Origin: Lingula anatina | Taxonomy: Eukaryota; Animalia; Brachiopoda | Direction: 5' to 3' | DNA: 64,000 nt | NCBI GenBank assembly: GCA_051362555.1 | Contig: CM120641.1 | Location: 49,048,401 to 49,112,400 of the forward strand | Shown here: positions 58,037 through 64,000 of the stretch, piece by piece | Numbering within the stretch: position 1 is the first letter of the stretch | Layout of the letters: each line of letters begins with the position of its first letter | Translations under genes and position numbers: made by a program | The notes under the pieces: model-generated | Told to the model about the DNA's origin: nothing | Seen by the model: only the letters and a program-made list of their open reading frames with translations | Database searches by the model: none

Positions 58037-61000
58037 CTATTGCACTGCAGACTTGGGTCTGGTTGGAGTCATTGTTGAGGAGAGCTTGGGAGAGGAACCT
58101 GAAGAACAATTTATGTACAATATATTAAGTCTCTGGGACTGCGGTTCCTTCTTCCTATTATTAAAATCCACTGCACTGTCCAAAGGCCATGAACATGCAA
58201 TTCAAGCTCTCAATAATTACAACCTTGGCAAACACCACAAAGAATTCAATCTGGAAATGACACTTCATGTAACTTATAGTCTCCCACACAAAATACACCT
58301 TTCCAAACACAACAAAGTATATTATCTGGCAATGTCACTTTCATGTCACTTTCATGTTTTAAAGTACACTGCACAAACCAGCATGCACAACTTACAGGAC
58401 CGCCTCATGCCAAAGGGCCTCCCTGATGGAAATAATACATTTTTTACAGATTTCTGATTATTATTGAAGCCTTTGAGAGCAGAGTCAGTCTCTGCTGTTA
58501 CAAACCAAACTATAACATGTTCAAATTGAATTACAAAAAATCTGATACAATGAAATTTCTGTTATAAACTGTAAAGAAGGATGCGTAGGATACACGTTAT
58601 TAAACTGGTGGATATGCTGCTGTTGCCTTTTATGTGATCATGGGGACTTTTGTTTACAGTCAAAGACATCAAATGTGTTTTTTGCCCAAAGTAATTTTCA
58701 GCTGACCTGCACCATTGACCCAGCCTCCATTGATGACTGGCTGCGTAGTGGTGGTTGACGTCCTGCTTCTGTCATGTGGTCTTGTTTGGTGGTCCTTGAA
58801 CAGTTCCCTGTAAAAACAGGAGAATGTGAACTTGTCAATAAAATGATTTATCAACTTAATCTACTTATTAATACATATCAAGCAGATTTTTTTAGACTTC
58901 TTTTATGAAACTATAATTTGTCAAAAATGTTTGTATGTACTCATATAACCAAAGGCAGAGTGCAACAGTTCAAGTGGCAGTACAGTTGTGGCCAGTCCTG
59001 ATCTTTGCTGTCATCACTTACATGAAGGAGCGCGCCTGTGTCAAGAACCTTCGAGCCTGGGCAATCTCTGTCCCTAATCTTCTCAAATCATCTCCATCAA
59101 ACTCTGGCAGGTGAGGGTACTGGAAATGGTGACATATTGTATGTAATCAAGTTTGTCATCAAAGTGAAAGGTGAGGGTACTGGAAATAGTGATATATTGT
59201 AATCAATTTTGTCATCAAACTGAAAGGCGTGGTTACTGGAAATAGTGATATATTGAAATCATGTTTGTCATCAAACTGAAAGGTGAGGGTACTGAAAATA
59301 GTGATATATTGTAATCAAGTTTGTCATCAAACTCTGGCAGGTGAGGATACTGGAAATAGTGATATATTGTAATCAAGTTTGTCATCAAAAAGAAAGGTGA
59401 GGGTACTGGAAATAGTGATATATTGAAATCATGTTTGTCATCAAACTGAAAGGTGAGGGTAATGGAAATAGTGACATATTGAAATCATGTTTGTCATCAA
59501 ACTGAAAGGTGAGGGTACTGGAAATAGTGATATATTGAAATCATGTTTGTCATCAAACTGAAAGGTGAGGGTACTGAAAATAGTGATATATTGTAATCAA
59601 GTTTGTCATCAAAAAGAAAGGTGAGGGTACTGGAAATAGTGATATATTGAAATCATGTTTGTCATCAAACTGAAAGGTGAGGGTACTGGAAATAGTGACA
59701 TATTGAAATCATGTTTGTCATCAAACTGAAAGGTGAGGGTACTGAAAATAGTGATATATTGTAATCAAGTTTGTCATCAAAAAGAAAGGTGAGGGTACTG
59801 GAAATAGTGATATATTGAAATCATGTTTGTCATCAAACTGAAAGGTGAGGGTACTGGAAATAGTGATATATTGTAATCAAGTTTGTCATCAAACTCTGGC
59901 AGGTGAGGGTACTGGAAATAGTGATATATTGTAATCAAGTTTGTCATCAAAGTGAAAGGTGAGAGTACTGGAAATAGTGATATATTGTAATCAAGTTTGT
60001 CATCAAACTGAAAGGTGAGGGTACTGGAAATAGTGATATATTGAAATCATGTTTGTCATCAAACTGAAAGGTGAGGGTACTGGAAATAGTGATATATTGT
60101 AATCAAGTTTGTCATCAAACTCTGGCAGGTGAGGATACTGGAAATAGTGATATATTGAAATCATGTTTGTCATCAAACTGAAAGGTGAGGGTACTGGAAA
60201 TAGTGATATATTGTAATCAAGTTTGTCATCAAACTCTGGCAGGTGAGGGTACTGGAAATAGTGATATATTGTAATCAAGTTTGTCATCAAAGTGAAAGGT
60301 GAGAGTACTGGAAATAGTGATATATTGTAATCAAGTTTGTCATCAAACTGAAAGGTGAGGGTACTGGAAATAGTGATATATTGAAATCATGTTTGTCATC
60401 AAACTGAAAGGTGAGGGTACTGGAAATAGTGATATATTGTAATCAAGTTTGTCATCAAACTCTGGCAGGTGAGGGTACTGGAAATAGTGATATATTGTAA
60501 TCAAGTTTGTCATCAAACTGAAAGGTGAGGGTACTGGAAATAGTGATATATTGTAATCAAGTTTGTCTTCAAACTGAAAGGTGAGGGTACTGGAAATAGT
60601 GATATATTGTAATCAAGTTTGTCATCAAACTGAAAGGTGAGGGTACTGGAAATAGTGATATATTGTAATCAAGTTTGTCATCAAAGTGAAAGTTGAGGGT
60701 ACTGGAAATAGTGATATATTGTAATCAAGTTTGTCATCAAACTGAAAGGTGAGGGAACTGGAAATAGTGATATATTGTAATCAAGTTTGTCATCAAAGTG
60801 AAAGGTGAGGGTACTGGAAATAGTGATATATTGTAATCAAGTTTGTCATCAAAGTGAAAGTTGAGGGTACTGAAAATAGTGATATATAGTAATCAAGTTT
60901 GTCATCAAAGTGAAAGGTGAGGGTACTGGAAATAGTGATATATTGTAATCAAGTTTGTCATCAAACTGAAAGGTGAGGGTACTGGAAATAGTGATATATT

Positions 61001-63840
61001 GTAATCAAGTTTGTCATCAAACTGAAAGGTGAGAGTACTGGAAATAATGATATATTGAAATCATGTTTGTCAGCAAGCTCTGACAAACATGATTTCAATA
61101 TATCACTATTGAAATCATGTTTGTCAGCAAGCTCTGACAGGTGAGAGTACTGGAAATTGGGAACATATTATAATCAAGTTTGTCAGTAATAAAATTAGGA
61201 AGAATAGTATTTCAGCAATGATAACAGCATCTAACAGCATAAGCTTTAATACAGACACCATCTATCCCATAATACCTCTGCCTCTTTGAATCCTTCTGTC
61301 AGCAACTTGTGGGCAAACCTGTGAGCGTCAAAGTCACTGTGCACTCGGTGGTATCTGCCACTGGTCTCTGCGGCGAGCATCTTCAAGAAGTTGTTGGCAG
61401 TGCTGAAATACAAATTTCAAATTCAATTAAAAACAAACTGTTATAGCACCTTGTGAAATGAAGATGTTTGTGATATCCAATGTGATGTAAATGACAATGA
61501 TGCAGTGGCCGATTTAAGGGTGGGGTCAGAGGGGTCCTGACCCCCCCCCCCCTTTCGATTTCTGGTCCCCTCTTGAAATTAGAATTTTGACTAGCTGAAT
61601 CATAGTTCTAAACCGTACAAAATGGCACTGTTTGCACTCTAAAATACCAAAAAATTTTGGAGCCATTCAGCAGTCCCCAAACCACACACCAAGTGGGTGG
61701 GTGGGTGGGGGGTTGGCTTCGCATCCATGGAACCCCCCTTCAAATAATCCTAAATCCATCCCTGATGATGGTACTTGGTCTGTGACATATTTTACCTGTC
61801 AGTACAGTTGAAGGAGATGGTGTTTACGGCCACGTGTCTGTCCGTGTTCATCTTCGCCACCTCTCTCAGCACCATGGAGGTGCTGTGGTCAGGTTTGCCG
61901 TCTGTCAGCAGGTAGATTGCCTCCAAATCTTCATCCTCAAATGCTCTCTAGAATGTATCATGGAGATATTACTGTGGTTTTGTTTGAACTGAATTTACCT
62001 TGAATTTGTAAAATTTATGTAAGGATATGATTCAACAGTGGCATGTGTCATTTGAATAGGGATAATAAAAAGTTCTCAAGATTGGCATGAGATAGAGAGT
62101 GTGTTTTAAGGCAACTCCACCAATTCCATTGTAACTGTTATTATGTGTAAGATATAAAACCTTTCATTCATAAAGAGCACAGTTGTCAATACAACATTCT
62201 ACAAAGAACTGTGAAACTTACGTCCAGAGCGTCCAGGGTGCATGTGTTCCCAGAAGCCACCAGTTTAGACACCCAGCGTATTGCGTCATGACAGGCGGAC
62301 TCCGTGGCGTCCACCATCTTCTCTTCCCACTTCTCACAGGTGTGAGAGAAACGAATTAAGTTGAATCTGGACAAAATAGTAATAAGTAAATTAAGTGGGG
62401 GACCACTTTTGTCAGGAGCTGAATAACACAAAGAAGTTTTACATGTAGCTTATCCATTTAGATTCTTTTTACTGAAAACAGTGGTGTGCACTATACATTA
62501 TACTTCATTTGAAGAAACATATGACATGTTCAGTTTTATTTTGTGATTCCCACCCCTCCTAGCCTTCCCTCTCCTCTCCCTCCCCCTTCCATCCCATGAG
62601 GCAACATTCTCAATGAAAAATGTAATTAATAATTGGCTAAAAGAAAAATGCTGTCCATGGCTCTTACTTTGCCCCCAGTTTATACAACTGATCCCATATC
62701 AGAGATGCCAGCTCCTTCCTCAGTTCCTCCATATGTTGGTCCATAGAACCAGACGTGTCAATCAAGATGGCCACCCTCTTGTGACAGATCACTCCAAACA
62801 CGCGACGGCTGCCTGCAATGGTGGACAAAAAGATATACACATACATTCTTATCTCCAGTGTGTAATAAGAAGCACTGTGAGAATCTCTTAATAGCACAGT
62901 TTGTCATGCAATTCAATGTTAAGTACAGTAACTAGGTATGAGACAAGTCTACAAAATTTGAAAAAGCAAATTAAATAACTTTTCAACAGATGCATAAAAA
63001 TTTTTTGGCAAAAAATCTTTGCAATTGCAGCAACCATTTCACAATTATATATATGAACGATTGCTTTATTCAAATCAGATTCTCCCACTCCAAATTCTAT
63101 AAATGCAAACCTCTTGACAACATATATATACATATGTCCATAGATAGTGAGAAAACATTTAGCTAATCTGAAGTGATCCCAGACTTATCTTCAGTTACAT
63201 TGTATGTTACATAATTACAAATAGCTCCCCACAAGGAGTAAATAGCCTCTAACAATGTGAAAGATCTATGTGGTATCTATATGGGTACCTAGTGTTGGCA
63301 ACAGTTTGAGATCATGACCTCACAAATACTGCCATAAGCCATCATAATATAATACTCAGTTTAGACCAACAGCTTACCACTGAGCAAAAACTGCAGTCTC
63401 TTCAGGTACCTCCTTAGCACCTTCTCTAGCATCTCCTGGTACTCCAGGATCTCATGGGGTAACAGCTGCAGGTGCTTGATAGTACCCCCTATGTTCACAT
63501 GGGGAAAGATGTCACAGTACCTGGAAGGGGGAAGCATTCTTCAGTGAAAAAAATCATAGCTGAAAATTGGTGTAGGTATTGACTGTCACTGGCCTTGTAT
63601 AATAACATTAAATTTCTTTTAAAATTTGGTTTTTGACTCAAGATGCACAATTTATTGTGATGACAAAACATTTTTCATAATAATATTGTATTCAATGATG
63701 TATATTTTCTAAGTAACTTACTTTGCAGGAACAATCTTGTTAAGAGTCCTGACTTCTCCCTGAACATGTCTGCAGTCTTGACTTCCCACCAGCTTAGTCA
63801 GGTCCAGCTTTAATTTAGACAGTCCATACAGCCTCAACCA
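58037..63840 (-). CDS. VWA3A: von Willebrand factor A domain-containing protein 3A, 3' part (5' end beyond the window)
   Basis: Exons 63840-63722, 63520-63378, 62812-62668 (SRRVFGVICHKRVAILIDTSGSM), 62366-62222, 61947-61796 (AIYLLTDGKPD), 61402-61276 (FLKMLAAETSGRYH), 59119-59022 (PEFDGDDLRRLGTEIAQARRFLTQARSF), 58807-58707, 58098-58037 (stop). The MIDAS DxSxS motif and the C-terminal F.GDDLR.L..EI..AR.FL segment match VWA3A. Confidence 0.9.
59093..61187 (-). repeat. 56/59-bp tandem array, about 36 copies, each containing the VWA3A acceptor plus start of exon 59119-59022
   Basis: Unit catcaaactgaaaggtgagggtactggaaatagtgatatattgtaatcaagtttgt; fills almost all of intron 59120-61275. Confidence 0.95.
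61503..61764. mobile_element. Non-autonomous TIR element (CAG..CTG termini, 6-bp TSD ATGATG)
   Basis: CAGTGGCCGATTTAAG / CCTAAATCCATCCCTG imperfect TIRs, G/C-run subterminals, ATGATG on both sides. Confidence 0.75.
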
Positions 63841-64000
63841 CTGAGAGACAAAAGTATTGAATTATTACATCATAATATAATGGTCAGGTCCAGCTTTAGT
63901 TTGGACAGTCCACAAAAGTATTCTTTAACTGAGACAAAATCATTATGATAATCAAAGTATGAACTCAAGAAAGACACCTTATTTATAGGAAATTATTTAT

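Noticed and set aside
57822-58457. 211-aa plus-strand ORF
   Set aside because: Non-ATG start, antisense to the last VWA3A exon and UTR, no motifs.
60003-60290. 95-aa ORF containing YPHLPEFD
   Set aside because: Derived from the VWA3A acceptor-array units, not an independent gene.

Overview
AT-rich, intron-rich animal genomic DNA, probably a marine invertebrate such as a mollusc (inferred from protein similarity only). Seven protein-coding genes can be reconstructed exon by exon from GT-AG sites with consistent phase. They are: a voltage-gated Ca-channel beta subunit (CACNB, minus, 183-33085, 3' end outside the window), a divergent DNA primase large subunit (PRIM2)-like gene (plus), MPV17L-like (minus), an AEN/ISG20L2-type DEDDh exonuclease (plus), a calexcitin/SCP-like EF-hand protein (minus), an 18-finger C2H2 zinc-finger gene with a coding minisatellite (plus), and the 3' part of VWA3A (minus). 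Introns hold many minisatellites and non-autonomous TIR transposons with 3-, 5-, 6- and 8-bp TSDs; one carries a RecQ-helicase fragment. The most striking pattern is that three unrelated genes each have an intronic tandem array whose unit is the 3' splice site plus the start of the next exon (7, 7 and about 36 copies). In each, the last copy is the one contiguous with the complete exon. All coordinates were derived by hand and no database searches were run.
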